64,000 nt of DNA from Neodothiora populina (Eukaryota): contig NW_027191413.1 in the NCBI RefSeq assembly GCF_041146345.1, positions 2,914,001 through 2,978,000 of the forward strand, given 5' to 3'. The notes under the pieces are model-generated. The model did no database searches. It saw nothing but the letters and a program-made list of their open reading frames with translations, and was not told the origin of the DNA. A program made the position numbers and the translations under genes. Each line of letters begins with the position of its first letter. Position 1 is the first letter of the stretch. Of this stretch, positions 23,552 through 36,682 are shown piece after piece.

Positions 23552-26392
23552 CTTTGTTAGATTGTTGTTTGTTGGCTGAAAAGCTGTCGGTCGTGAATTT
23601 GGTTGGTCGAAAGGGTATAGTTGGTGAGTTTCGATTTGCGAGGATCAGGTAATGCCTAAAAGAATGGAGGCAAGTAACGCGACGACAAAAGTGAGTGACG
23701 AAAGAGTGTGTGGTTCCAAAAGAGTGTATAACCGTGACTTTGGGGAAAAGAAAGAGGCAGGAAAACGGAGGAAACAGTCTACCTTATTATACACGTCCTG
23801 CACGAAATTGGCAGATACGTACATCGTTGAAACGGCGAATTTACCAACAGCCTTTCGGGCGCCACAACATCGGTCCCTGAGTTGGGCGACGCGTATGCAG
23901 ATCAACCATTTACGGTGGTTTGAGGCCATTGATGGCTTTACCGCATCGGCCGGATCCTTTAGCCCTGGGGGCTTGCGCTGTTCAGAAAACTCCATATTAC
24001 AAGGCTTTTCGGTTGAATACTCTGGTAAAGCGAGCCAAGTCTGTCGCTAGACCCAGCGATGCGACTGTTGACTCCCCCCTAGAGAAGTAACAACATGAGC
24101 GGATCTGCAGCCAAAATTTGGACAGACAGAGCGGCGCAAACCTTAGACGCTTTGGGTTCCAGACCAGGGCTACCCTAGGCCACGGGCCCCGACCAATGTC
24201 AGAGCCTGATTCCTCCGCACACGGCTGAACGTCCATAAGCTTCCTTACCACACAGACGCTCACCTTATGTACAATCTTGTCGCACTTCCCCGACTAATTG
24301 CTAGGCGCTTGTATCCACATGAGCCAGCAGTGCGGCGACACATGCGGGTGAGATTCTGATCAAGATCTGCCAAGCTATAGTTTCAGTCGAAGCAGCAGGC
24401 AGCATAACTTACGTGTTGTTGAATGGTTGGAGATCGTGAAACAGGTGCTGCTTCGCTGTGATTATGCCTTCACATGCCCGTTGCTCTCGATTGACGCGCA
24501 CAATCACTTCAACCAGAGTAGTCGAATGTTCGCGAAAACCGTTCCATCGAACGTGTATTGAAGATCATGGTTTCTTCCCCAGCTTACTACTCGCAAGTGG
24601 TTGAGACATTCTGTATCCTTCTGGACTGCCAACATCCTTTGGCTGTTGTGGTTCGGCATCCACACCTTATGCGGGTGCGGAAGCTCGAGACGGCACGGCA
24701 TAATCTCTTTATGAAAAAGCCTTCGGGTGACTCAGGGCAGAGATGGGATAGCGTGCGCTAAACGCAAAAATTTCCGCGCGTTCCTGAGCGTTCCTGAGCT
24801 TACACGGGTGTACCTGACGATACCCTACCGGTCAAGCAAAACCGTAGATCTGCCGAATGTCCGGCCTCGTTGACGCGTCCCGATCGTGTGGGCAACGGAT
24901 CCCCTTCGGTGTCTTCGATATTGCGACCAGGCTGAGGTCTTGTCTGGATCCACGTACCACATGCTCGTAGTTTCTAATGACTAAAACTACAGTGAACGTA
25001 GACAACAACCTAGGTCAGCATGCAGCAATGTAGCGCAAAATGTTCGAATTGAGTTCTTGTTCCTTTTGTGGTTGGATGTCAGCAGCCGGATTCGCAGCGC
25101 TTGCATGCGCCTCGTCGCTAGCAGAAGATTGATCTGCTGATGATTTGTCTGTAAAGTGCGAGAGCATGGACGGCGCTTCCAATGAGGATCACAGGTTCGA
25201 TGTGACTGATGTTAACGTCGAGAGATGCACCGATGCATGGTCACAATCATACCTGACCATTTGTCGCGAATAAGCCACCCCACTCTGCTTCTCGTGGTGG
25301 CTTATGAAGATCCGCGGTAACCATGCATGGCGGTGGATTCTATACAAGTGGAGTCCTACCGGTAAATGTCGACATGGGATGTCATCCCGCATGTAGCAAT
25401 CGATTGGCGATCGCTTCCGTTGTCCGAGCATTTTTCATCGCTACAGCTGCATGTGTTCGTGGGAACATTGTACAGCAACAACGGAATTGAGCCTCAACCA
25501 GCTCCATGTCTAAGAGGCGCGTAAGCGAAGCCGAGAAAAGCCAGCAGAAGCCGCCGCGCCTTGTGGTTTCTCAACGTCCTTGACTGACTGTGTGAACGAT
25601 AGCGAGTAAGAAACCAAAAGGCTTGGTCTTTTCGCATGTATTTCTCAAGTCAATCCTTGTCGGGAGTGGCATATGAAGGAAAAACGCCACGGCATTCCGT
25701 TACTCTTCTCTTTTCTTGACGGACGGTAAAGTGTTGAATGGACTGGAGAAACTCCGAAATTTCGGACACTATGAATCTTGTCGCATACCGTTCGGCAATT
25801 CTTTGGACGCCGTCTCATGAAATCTCTAGCGTTCCAATTTTCATGCACAATCGGGTCTTGTGCTGAACGGCGAATAAAAAAGTCTTCTTGTACAAAACCA
25901 AACGTTGGGCAAGCGTACATCACTGTGGTAAGCACTGGGGATAAGATAAGGTAAGGTAAGTAGGTGAAGTACCTCGAAAATGTCAAAGTTCAGCATCCTC
26001 ATTCCTCGGCAAAGTCATGGCACAGCAGCTTCGTGCGGGCATCCCATAATATAGCATGTACAGACAGCGATTTCATAGGATGCAAGAGGACAGGAATGGA
26101 CAACAAACAATATCAGCATTTCTGTGACATGTAAACATGTAACACGGATGGTTTCACAAGTGAAGACTGGATGATTGGCTCAACAAACAATAGTATTTGA
26201 ATCCAGTGTGGACAATGTGTGCGACGACCAATCCGTGATACAAACAATCCGAACCAAGCCCAAGTCAGGAAACACCATGTTTCCCCCATTAACCCCCAAG
26301 TCCCACCCATCCTTTGTTGCCTCAAAATACGCCTTCCCTCGTATGCTCATAAAATCATGGTCCGTTCAATTAAGGTGATATCGTAAAGGGTG

Positions 26393-27834
26393 TCATGCAC
26401 CCACAAGACCGGTATCACTATGATCTTCCCAGATGAGAATCTCTCCCTCGCTGTCGCCTTCTTGATTGGCGACTGAAGTGAGAGTTAAGCTAGTCGCTTT
26501 GACGGTCTTAGGAGTGGAAGCATTCTCCATGATAGGCACATTTTCTTCGCTTTCATCTCTGGATCCAATTACGAGATCGTCTTCGTCTCCTGTAGCAGGG
26601 GAGGCGGTGCTGACGGTGTCATTGCCTGCAATCACCTCTGCGACTGAGATTTTGTCATTCTTCGCTGGGCTTCCAGGCACCACGAAGAAGTCGTCTTTGC
26701 CGACGCCACTGCCGAAGAAGTCCTCCGTCTCCAGGTCTGACAGCGGTGATCGCTCACCGTCATCCATTTCGTCCGGTTTAATGATCTTCCGTCTGGTGAC
26801 AGCGTGCTTGCCAGAACGAGTTACGGATGAAGTTTCACTCAATGCTCTACTGCCTCCCGAGGAAATTGAAGGGGATTCGTAGTCAGGAGGTGCGACATTT
26901 TCTTTTCCTATGTCGTTGCGCTTGAGCTTCGCACTCTCGTCATCCGAGGAGAGATCCAAAGTCAAAGTGCTGTGTTCCATCAAGTTCGCAGCCTCCTCCT
27001 CTGGAGAATCTTCGTAGATGTCGAAGAACCAATCCTGGGGCATGGACTCCTCGATCGTCTTGACTGCTGGTTTGGGCGCACTAGGCTTACTCAAAGAGCC
27101 AGCGAGAGCAGCGTCCAGACTGAAGGGAAGTGCAGAAGACGAAGATGAGGCACGAGCAATGGACTTGGGTTCAGTGCGAGAGCAAGGCACAGACACGCGT
27201 CGACCTCTAGAGTCACGCTTTGCCTTGGGAGACCTGCCTGCAGGTGCAGTCAAGGGCACTCGTGGCGACGACATGTTTGCGCGCAGACGTTGACTTGGCG
27301 TCTGTCGGCGAGACGGAGCTGAAGATGGAGGTGGCATTGATGTCGATGAGTTCGACTTAAATGAGAAATTAGGTGTCGAGATTAAACTGAATGCTGGCGA
27401 TAATGATGATGATGCTGCTTTCAGAGGATTGCCGTCGTTGGTTTTGCTCCGCTTGCTGGACGATAGAAGGGACGAAGGGTCAATGTTTTCCGCGTCAAAT
27501 TCATCTTCCATATCAGAAGGCGAAACCCTTCGTTTAGTGGGTGGATTGAAAGACGATATTTCGGCAGGCACAGAAACACTAGGCTTGTTGTCTGAACAGA
27601 GCGGGCTTCGCGGAAGTCCTATAGCAGGTTCCCAATTAGTATGTTTACTTGTTTACTTATCAAGTCACGCTTCGTTATCGAGGGTGGAACCTAGTCCACC
27701 ATTCATATGACCAACGCATAGCACAGCAACTCACCATTTTGACGATTTTTGCTGCTTTGCAGATGTTGCAGTCTTGGGCTCGCAAGGGCAGAAAATGGCT
27801 GCCTTGGGACTGCCATAGCGGCGACTGTAGTCAT
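26393..27834 (-). CDS. ACM1: Probable Acm1-like APC/C-Cdh1 pseudosubstrate inhibitor
   Basis: Exon 1 (27735-27834, MTTVAAMAVPRQPFSALASPRLQHLQSSKNRQN) and intron 27619-27734 join the 392-aa ORF. The protein is disordered and carries ordered motifs FDIYED (ABBA), GKENVAP (KEN box) and RSPLSDL (D-box), plus many S/T-P sites. The CDS is solid; the orthology is inferred from motifs. Confidence 0.7.
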
Positions 27835-27944
27835 ATTCTGTATGCTTCGAGGACACGCAGCGGATCAAGAGACACCTCAGGTATCTAGGAGGCTCTGGTC
27901 ACGCCTATCGCCAAGATAGTGTATATTGATCGCGATTTGTTTAC
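27642..27944. promoter_or_regulatory. Three forkhead-type sites (TGTTTAC/GTAAACA)
   Basis: TGTTTAC occurs at 27642 and 27650 (tandem, in intron 1) and at 27938 (about 100 bp upstream of the ATG) of the Acm1-like gene. Confidence 0.45.
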
Positions 27945-29979
27945 ACTGCTTTCCAGCTGTAACCTCACTGCTGTGCACCTTGCAATTGGTGAACTGCACA
28001 ATGACTAAAGTAATGATTCGAATATAGCAGTATATGGCAATGAATGATATGGTTGGGAGGGAATGAGCGGCGCTTGGGAAGAGGGTGGGTCAAAGGGGGG
28101 ATATTAGGCGGCGAACACACGAGTCTCAATCACGTACGCCTCGCGCTCGAGGACGTGAAGCGTGAAGCGTGATGGGTGAAGCGTGAAAGCCCGAGAGCGC
28201 GACTTGCGGGCGCCAAGCACTCTTTGGAGTATCTGCACGTCCCCTTCCTAACAACGTCTGAGCAATTTACTGGCTCTCAGCTCTCGAGAACGCGCCGACG
28301 GAGCTGCAGCTCACCCGTCGAAACTTGACTTTGAATGCAATTCACGCCTCGATTCTCTTATTTGCTCCTGGCAGAGACAAAGCTGTGTCAGCCTGTCACA
28401 GAATTCTTTCCTGCCAATTCATCAGCACTAGAGTTCTAATCTCGTTCAACACAGCATTGGTCTGCTTCATCTTAGATCGTGATTAATTTCGCATTCCCTG
28501 TGTAAAAGTAGTATGCGGCTCCGACTGACAACCCGCTTCGACCCCTCGCTGCGCGTAATTTTAGAGTTAGGTACTTTGACCCCTTTAGGAATGACCATCT
28601 CCAAGCCTCAGTTTGCTCCTGCACCAACAGTGGGTTTTTATACTCGAGAGTCATCCCGTGTCGTTGGATGAAACGTACTTTGTCCAGGGTACCCTTACAT
28701 ATCGATCCATGGATCCTCTGTTAAAGTACTGTACTTGAACAAGTGATCAACCCGATCGATCTACTTGTGAAAAGTACGCGTAGCTATCAATGCCTCAGGC
28801 CGTATTCGTATAGACTACCCCACGGGGCCGAATACGCAGTGTAATCTCGAAGGTAGATAGGGTAGACAAGACAAGGAAAAGTGGACCACCCGCAGGGCTC
28901 TATTGATAATTGTGTCTCAGTATAGTATACCGGGGAGAAGTGGGTCTGTATTGATTTCTCTTGGAGGTCTGGATCATGGATCAGCCGTGATCTGAACTCA
29001 CCATTTCTGTGCGTATTGGAGGTACGGTCGATCGAGTGCTCATCTTCACCTTGATGCCACTTGCTGCTCATGGACCGTGTGATGCAGTGAAATCGTCAAT
29101 GCCAGTGCGTAAGAAAACCAGATCACGCATAGCATGTGCTACTGATCTCCAATTGCTGGCAGTAGCTCGATGCACTGCGCATCAATTTTCGTGACGTGCT
29201 TGAAGGTGATGAAACTTCCGTGCTTTTTGTACTTGCATGCTAAACTGATCTCTGTACATGACATGCAACACATACCTACCTTATGCACGTACCTGGATAC
29301 TTGTTGCGCTATCGAGGTTCGCGAATGATGCAGTAATATATAGTATGTGTGCTACATTATCTGTTACAGCCTGATATACCATTGAGATTGGCGTGTATGC
29401 TTGTTGAGCAAGTGAGTGTACACCCGTTTTGAGGTATGCGCCGAACACTACCTTAGTGATTCGAGGGCGACCCTGGCCATCACAGCAGGATCCAACAGAA
29501 TCATGAATAATTCCAAGAGAGCTCGGGCTATGTGCTCTTTTACATGACTTCTATGTTTCTCCATATACAGAAGTATGATTCAACATATGATCGTATCGTC
29601 TACAGGTCCGACGACTTGGAAATTTGGAGGTAGTGCGCTGTTACTCGCTTCTAGTTAGGTACTTCTGCTGGAAACGCTGCAGCGGTACACAGCACGAGCA
29701 TTGTGTGAACGTCAAGTCGCGCTTCCGTGTAGAAATGAAGACTCAGTTTTCGCAAAGCATCACCACACTACCTTATGAATCATGTACGCATGATTACGAA
29801 ACATGTAATTGAGTATCAACAGAGGGACCGTACAACGAGGAGAAGCGAAAGAGAAAGAAATCATTATTCATCTGAAGCACCGACTTTTATCCGACGCCGA
29901 CCAATCTACCTTACGCCAAACCACAACCATCTACATAATTCATAAAGCCTTCGAATCGCATCCCCGATAAACACGCAAT

Positions 29980-31863
29980 CTACACTGCCTTGCTGATACT
30001 GGCCATGGTCTTCTTGAAGAAGCCGCGCTGCTCCTCAACATCATAATCAGGGTGCTTGAGCGAGTCGTCGCCCTCTCTGCCCTCGACGACACTGGTGTCG
30101 TGCTCGATGACATCGTGAACCTCAAACCAGGATCCAGTGGGGCTGAGTGCAGGTACAGGCCAAAGCGTGCATAGGATCCAGTACATGCCTGCTGACACGA
30201 TGAAACCAGCAAAAAAGTTGATGTTATAGATGTAGGTTGCACCAATGGGCACGGTAACACCGCAAGCGCCAGCGAAACCGACAATGTTGATCAGAACACC
30301 GCTGATGTAAGCCACATAGCCACGCCATTGCACACCACCAGTGCTATAGTACGGACCGCGCTTGTCGGCGCTGTAGAGGTTGTTGATTTCGTAGTAACCC
30401 TTGCGTACAAAGTAGTAATCCGCAATCATGGGTCCAGCAATGGACGACAAGAAGACCGAATATGCGCTGAGGTAGGTAGTGAAGTTACTTGCATTGGTAA
30501 GGAACTGCCATGGGCAGATGCACAGACCAATGAGAGCACAAATGTATCCACCACGACGGATGTTAATGTAGCGGGGGAGCAAGGCTGTCATGTCGGTTCC
30601 AGCACTAATCGAGTTGGCAGCAATGTTGGTTCCAAGTTGAGCAACAACGAATGCGGCGGCGATGAAGAATACTCCCGCGCGGGTGCCGGAACTGCCAACA
30701 CCAGATTCTCCATCAGTGATAAACTCCTTGAGAAGGTCCAGAGGGTTCCAGGTAGCACCGAGCTTAGGATAAATGACAGCCGAGGATGATCCAACAATGA
30801 TACCGATGAACGAAGTCAGACCAAAGCCCATTGGGATAGTGATGAACTGGGGAAGGAAAGCATCGCTAGGCTTGGAGGCGAATCTCGAGAAGTCAGGGTC
30901 ATTGACCTACAAAAGTTAGTGAGTGTCAGATCAAAACGTGCCATTCTGAGGATTAACTTACAACAAGAGTAGCAAAGTTGCTAACAGCACTCATGATTCC
31001 CGCAATCACTCCCCATGCCAATTTGGATCCAGAAGCTGTCGAACCTTGGTGGATGACCGGCCCAACACCACCAGCCTTCACGATGGCCCAGATGAACAAA
31101 GCAATACCAGCAGTGGGTGCAACGATGGCCTTGAACGTGAACAGATGACGAATCTTGTGGACAGGAAACCATATGAAAGGCAATGAGCCGAGCCAGAAGA
31201 GAAGGAACGAGATGAAGTAGTTGACGGTTCCACCCATGGCGATCGACTTGACCAATGATGGACGGGTTCCGAAAGAGGGCCAAATCGATGCAATCATGAG
31301 AAATACACATTCACCTCCAATCCATCCTTGAACACCATACCAGATACAAGCCATTACCACTCGGTTGAGAACGGGCCTAAAAGCAGATTAGACGATGAAC
31401 AACCAAGAACCACCTGTCACACTAGGTACATACCATAAGGAACCCCAGATACCAAAGGAGGCTCTGTTGACAACGGGGAAACTGATGTGATACGTCGCAC
31501 CGATGCGACCAGTGAGACAGACGAAGAAAGCCGAGATAGTATAGCCCACCCAGACACAGATCCAGGCCTGCCACCAAGACAGGCCAACGCTAGGATCCAA
31601 AGAAGACGCCGCTATCATCCAGGTATTAATATTGAAACTGTCCGCGATCCAAAAGCCGACGAAGTTGAACGCCTTCCACTGTCGTCGCTCTGGCTCGACC
31701 GGCTTCAAGTCATGGTTGGTGAGAAAGAGCTCCTTGCTGCTGAGACCAGGTTCGGACTCGACTTCCTGAAATGGAGCGTCAGCCACCTAGACTTGGATGC
31801 TGATACCGGGGATAACCTTACCAGCTTCTCCGCGACGGACTTGAGGCCCCGAAACCTCGACAT
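29980..31863 (-). CDS. NCS1 (Fur-type) uracil/uridine/allantoin permease
   Basis: [72 protein letters not shown] and YINIRRG. There are three introns, and exon 1 ([14 protein letters not shown]) starts at 31863. Confidence 0.93.
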
Positions 31864-32745
31864 GATGCAAGTCGATCCTTAGCGCGAGCACGACACTTGA
31901 CAGGAAGTGACCAGAAGAAAGACTTCCAGATGTGGGGTAGGAGTATGCTCCGTGAACTTAGAAGTGATGCAATATATAAGGTATGTATATAGGGATATGA
32001 GGTGGATATATGCTTCAAATGATCATATGTGGAAGCAAGAAAGTGTCAGACACTAATCGATGCAAAAAACAACACCTACTGAAGGGGATCATGAGCATCT
32101 TATATTTCATGGTGTAAGGCGATGGGTCTACGATAGCTTACGAAAAGACCATATCTATGATTTTTTTTCGAGTGATGTTACCTCAAAACTTTAGATTAGA
32201 GGATGAAGACCCTGTTGACTCGATGTGATCGAGTAAAAGGCACAAATACGCCCCGCGCCTTTCCCCGTAGTTCGCGAGGGTGGGCGGGCCGTCGGAACTG
32301 CTATCCAAATCCATACTAGCGCATAGGCGTGCCCAGGATGCCCTACACAATCTCAATGCGGACGAGGAAAAGCATCCTTTCTCGCCCAGACTTGGCGTGA
32401 GTACATGGCAATACTATTCGCATGCCCTTATCTGAGGAAAAGAAACAAAGATGGCGAGATGCACGAATTGGATGCACCTTGAGTGTCGCGTGCCTCGAAA
32501 TCCAAGACGCATGTGAATAACTCGGCACGTCGCCGAGATACGGTACCGTACCAGAGGTAGCATTGGATAAGGTACTGTATGGCTGGCAGCGTGCAGCTTT
32601 ACCTACCTTAGGTCTCTTGCAGTTCGGTAGACATCTCGGGGCGTCGGCGACGGCGTCAGAATGCTGCTTTGGCCGCCGAGTGGCGTCAGTGCCGCAGATC
32701 GAGTCCACGGAGATATGCTGATACGATGCGAAAGGTACAGTATGG

Positions 32746-32780
32746 ATGGCATGGCACGGCATGGCATAGCATGGCATGTC
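32746..32780. repeat. Imperfect (ATGGC)7 pentanucleotide repeat
   Basis: atggc atggc acggc atggc atagc atggc atgtc lies just downstream of the second permease stop. Confidence 0.75.
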
Positions 32781-32818
32781 GCATGATTTGACTTTACATC
32801 AAATTTATACGCGCCTAG

Positions 32819-34784
32819 CTAGCACTTGCTCTCTACGTCCACAACAAAATCAACATGTCGATCTTGTTCTGGACCAAAGTCTGAATCGTCACCGAGATCC
32901 CTACCTTCCAGCATTCGCACGTGATCTTGCAAGACGAAAGGACCGCTCGCTTTCTGCTTCTTTGCCGGGAATGCCGTGTGGAGACCCCAGTGCACAAGCA
33001 TGGCGACACAAAAGCCGTAGAAGTAACTGATCTGGTATAAATGGTCCCATCCATTGGCAGAAGATGCAGTGCCCTTTATAGCCCTGATGAAGCCAGCTAT
33101 GATTGGGGCTTGTGTCAGTTGTACAGCCTCTTTGCAGCGCTCAGCAGGTGCCTATCGGGAACTTACGTAGCAATGGCCAGAGTCCCATCGCCCAGGCCGT
33201 GAATCCTCTTAAATTGAAGCCACTGATATACCAGTATGCACTCTCGGAATTGCCAGTGTAGAGATCGCCAACGCAATACTTCCCTTGTCTGACAAGGAAA
33301 TAGTCACTTACGACTATACCAGTCATTGGACTAAGAAACACACTCCACCCGCTGAGCACAGTTATGAAGGTGCTCGGCTTGGTCACATAGTTCCAAGGGC
33401 AGATAGCCATACTGACGACGCTGAGGAGGTAACCGCCTCGACGGATATTGATCCACTTGGGACACAGCGCCGCCAGATCCATACCTGAGGATATACAATT
33501 CAGCATCTGACAAAGAGCGAGCTGAGAGGCTAGGAATCCGAGTGCTGCGAAGAATGTGCCCGCTCTTGCTGCCGCCGATAGCGAATGCTGCTGAATCGTG
33601 AGAAGAAGCTCGAACGGATTCCATACATAAGCGCCGTAGATTGTCTCCGTGGCACTGGTGATGAGGATCCCGCAGACGGAAGTTGTCACTATAAGAACTG
33701 GAGCTGCAATCGCCTGGCCGAATAGGGCAGCATTAGGAGTTTTCGCATATCGCGTCCAGTCGGATTGCCCGAGGCAGCCCGAGGCTTGACTGCCGACGAT
33801 GGATTGCAGGCCGTAAACAGCGTTCCAGGCAAGGAGAGAGCCTTGTTTTGTACTTGGGGTGTAGAAAAGGGTACCCGGTCCTCCCGCTGTACCAATCGCC
33901 CAACCAAGCAAGCCAAACATGGAACAAGTTATCATGATGAACGTGATCTGATATCAATCAGTACACACCGTCACGGCAGCGTTACACGAAAGCATATACT
34001 CTGAAGGGCATCTGCAAGTTCTCGGGAGGAATCATCAAGGTAGGCAAGAATATTACGGCAAAGATGAAAAAGCATATGAGACTTGCTGTGTCAACGTTGG
34101 TGGATTCGGGCAAAGTATTCTTGAGATCTCGGAAGGAATGCCCGATGATGGCATTCAAGATGATCTTGACCGATTGTCCGCCCTACAAGGTCAATCAGTC
34201 AGTGATCTTGTACGGTAAGCCATCTGTTGTATCTAACCCACCCAATACATCTGGATGCCGAGCCAGATAATCGATGTCATGATGCGGTTAAGGACTGGCC
34301 AGAAACCACCGCGCATACCCCAGGAGCTGTCTTTGTGAGTACAAGTGAACAGGGGCGAAGCGCTATCCAGACAGACCTACGAGCGCGAGAGTACTGTGAA
34401 GCCCAGATACAAGCGACTGCCGGGCCATCCAGCAAGCACAGCGATCAACGCAGAGATCAACGCAACGCCGACGACACAACCAATGGCTTGTGGGACACTG
34501 AGTCCCAGAGAGAGCAGCGTCGAGCCAGCGGTCCATGCCGTCGTGTTGACGCCAGAGATGACCCAGTATCCTGCATATCCTTGCCACGTCCAGGTCCGTC
34601 GATTTTCTGGTATCGGGATGAGATCACGATTGCACCACTTCGGGGACGAATTAGCTACACACAATGTACCATTTCGGTCTCTGATACTCACAAATGTGTT
34701 GTGATAGCCAGCATCTTCGTCAATTGGACACTCGAGACGCTTCGCCCAATACTCGACCTTAGGCTTGGTCTTCTCGGTAAGCAT
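32819..34784 (-). CDS. Second NCS1-family nucleobase/nucleoside permease
   Basis: WCNRDLIPIPENRRTWTWQGYAGYW, LGFTVLSRSSWGMRG, GQSDWTRYA, WNPFELL and WINIRRGGY. Multi-exon; the last exon (PGFIRAIKG...ESKC) ends at TAG 32819. Confidence 0.9.
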
Positions 34785-35482
34785 TGCAACGACTGCCAGA
34801 TGTGAAGCTACTCGTGAGTACTACGTGGACAAACATGTCAGGTATATAGCATGCTTCAACCAAGATGGCTTTGGATCTCCCAGATAACATTGACTGCCTA
34901 TCTCTGGCGGGAATATCTGTGTCGATCTTGCCTGACTATGCCTATCGTGCAACGTGATGTGCGAATCATCCTGCAATCCTGCAGGCGGCTTGCCTTGTAA
35001 GCTTATCAGGACGACTACATGGTCCTTGGACTCTGGCACATTACGAGGCACACACGAAGTGTGTGTTCAGGACTTGTGAGAGTCGATCAGACATCGCTAT
35101 ACACCTATCACGAATTCGCTGCTTAAAAGTAGATCATAGTAACCCACTGCATGGCTTGTAGATTTCGAATCTCACTCTTCTGGACGTGTCGTTATGCAGA
35201 TCTCGAAGTACACAGTAGATATAAACTCGGCCGAGCTCTGGTGAGCACAAAAGGCAAAGTAGACTTGGGGTAGGAGCGAAAGTATATTCGTTCCTCATTG
35301 GGCTTCCCACCCCGCAGGCTAGCCCCGCGTCTGGTGGTACGCCTATCTCCCTTACTGTATCTTACCTAGGTACTGTGCGCACCAAGTGCGACTCACAGTG
35401 GTTTCTGACGGGCTATAAGAAATCAATGTCATCGTTTAGAATCCGAATGTAACCCCATCTTACAATATCTTCTCGCTATAGC

Positions 35483-36682
35483 ATGATTGCCAAAAACGAA
35501 CAAGAATCGTCCTCTATACCCGTAGTTGATTTCTCCGAATGGCAAGACGATGCACCTGCCGAAGTGCGAGGGAAGATCGCCTCTGATCTTATCAAGGCAT
35601 GCCGTGAAGTAGGCTTCGTGTATATCATCAATCATGGCGTGGGGAAAGCACTGCTCGATGAAGCATTCGCCATGTCTAAGAAACTATTCGACCTCAGTCA
35701 CGAGCAGAAAATGCTCGCTCCACATCCTCCCAATCCAGAATGGCATCGAGGCTATTCGTCTCCAGGGCTGGAGAAGGTGTCTCAGGTCTATGGCATGGAT
35801 GCGGACCCTCAGACTGTAGGCGAGCAGCTGAGGGAAGTCAAAGACTGCAAAGTAAGACTACAATAGGGGACAGTAGGTAGTGTTCCATATTCAACCACTA
35901 ATATCAATATCAGGAGAGCTATGAAGTTGGCAGCGAGGGAAACAAGGAACAGCCGCCCATCTGGCTGCCGGAAGATGTGCTTCCTGGCTTCCGCGACTTC
36001 GAGACATCCTTCTACTGGAAGTGCAATGAGGTGGCCCGGAAGTTATTGGCGGCTATGGCAATAGGACTCGGACTAAACGACGCGAACTTCATATTGAAAT
36101 ACCACTCCGGTCATAACAATCAACTCCGCCTCCTGCACTACCCACCGGTTCCTGCGATAGAACTAGAAAGCAACAAATCGGCGAGGATGCCGGCGCACAC
36201 GGACTGGGGTAGCATCACCATGCTGTTCCAGGACAAGTGTGGCGGATTACAGGTCGAAGACCCCCACAAAAGAGGGCGCTTTATTGATGCGACACCGATG
36301 CAAGGCGCGTTGATCATGAATGTGGGGGATCTGTTGATGAGATGGAGCAATGGTGAGCACTACACAGTCAATGTAGATGCGTTAGGACATGTCATACTGA
36401 CAAGGCCATGCAGACCAGCTGAAGTCGACGATGCACCGCGTGACGCTGCCACCACTATCGGATCGCTTCGAAGGCGAACAGAGGCTGACGCGGGCGAGAT
36501 ATTCGATTCCATATTTTGTCAGTCCCGATGAGAACTCAGTAGTCGAGTGCCTACCAGCGTGTACCAGTGCGGCAGAACCGGTCAAGTATGAAGCGACCAA
36601 TTGGGGAGAATATCGTAGGATGAGGGCGGCGCTGCAGTACAGAAGGAGCGACGAGGCGGCGCCTAGTGCAATCACAATTTGA
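35483..36682 (+). CDS. 2OG-Fe(II) dioxygenase (IPNS/DIOX family, thymine-7-hydroxylase-like)
   Basis: IPVVDF..GFVYIINHG..HRGYS.PG.EKVSQ..KESYE..NQLRLLHYPP..HTDWGSITMLFQD..RWSND.LKSTMHRV..RYSIPYF, giving the HxD...H triad and RxS. Introns ~35852-35913 and ~36353-36412. Confidence 0.92.

Noticed and set aside
31864..35482. TPP riboswitch or UaY/Ppr1 site near the NCS1 permeases
   Set aside because: No TPP aptamer core was visible by eye. The best inverted CGG pair (32522-32536) is CGG-N7-CCG rather than N6. An Infernal/Rfam scan would settle the riboswitch question.
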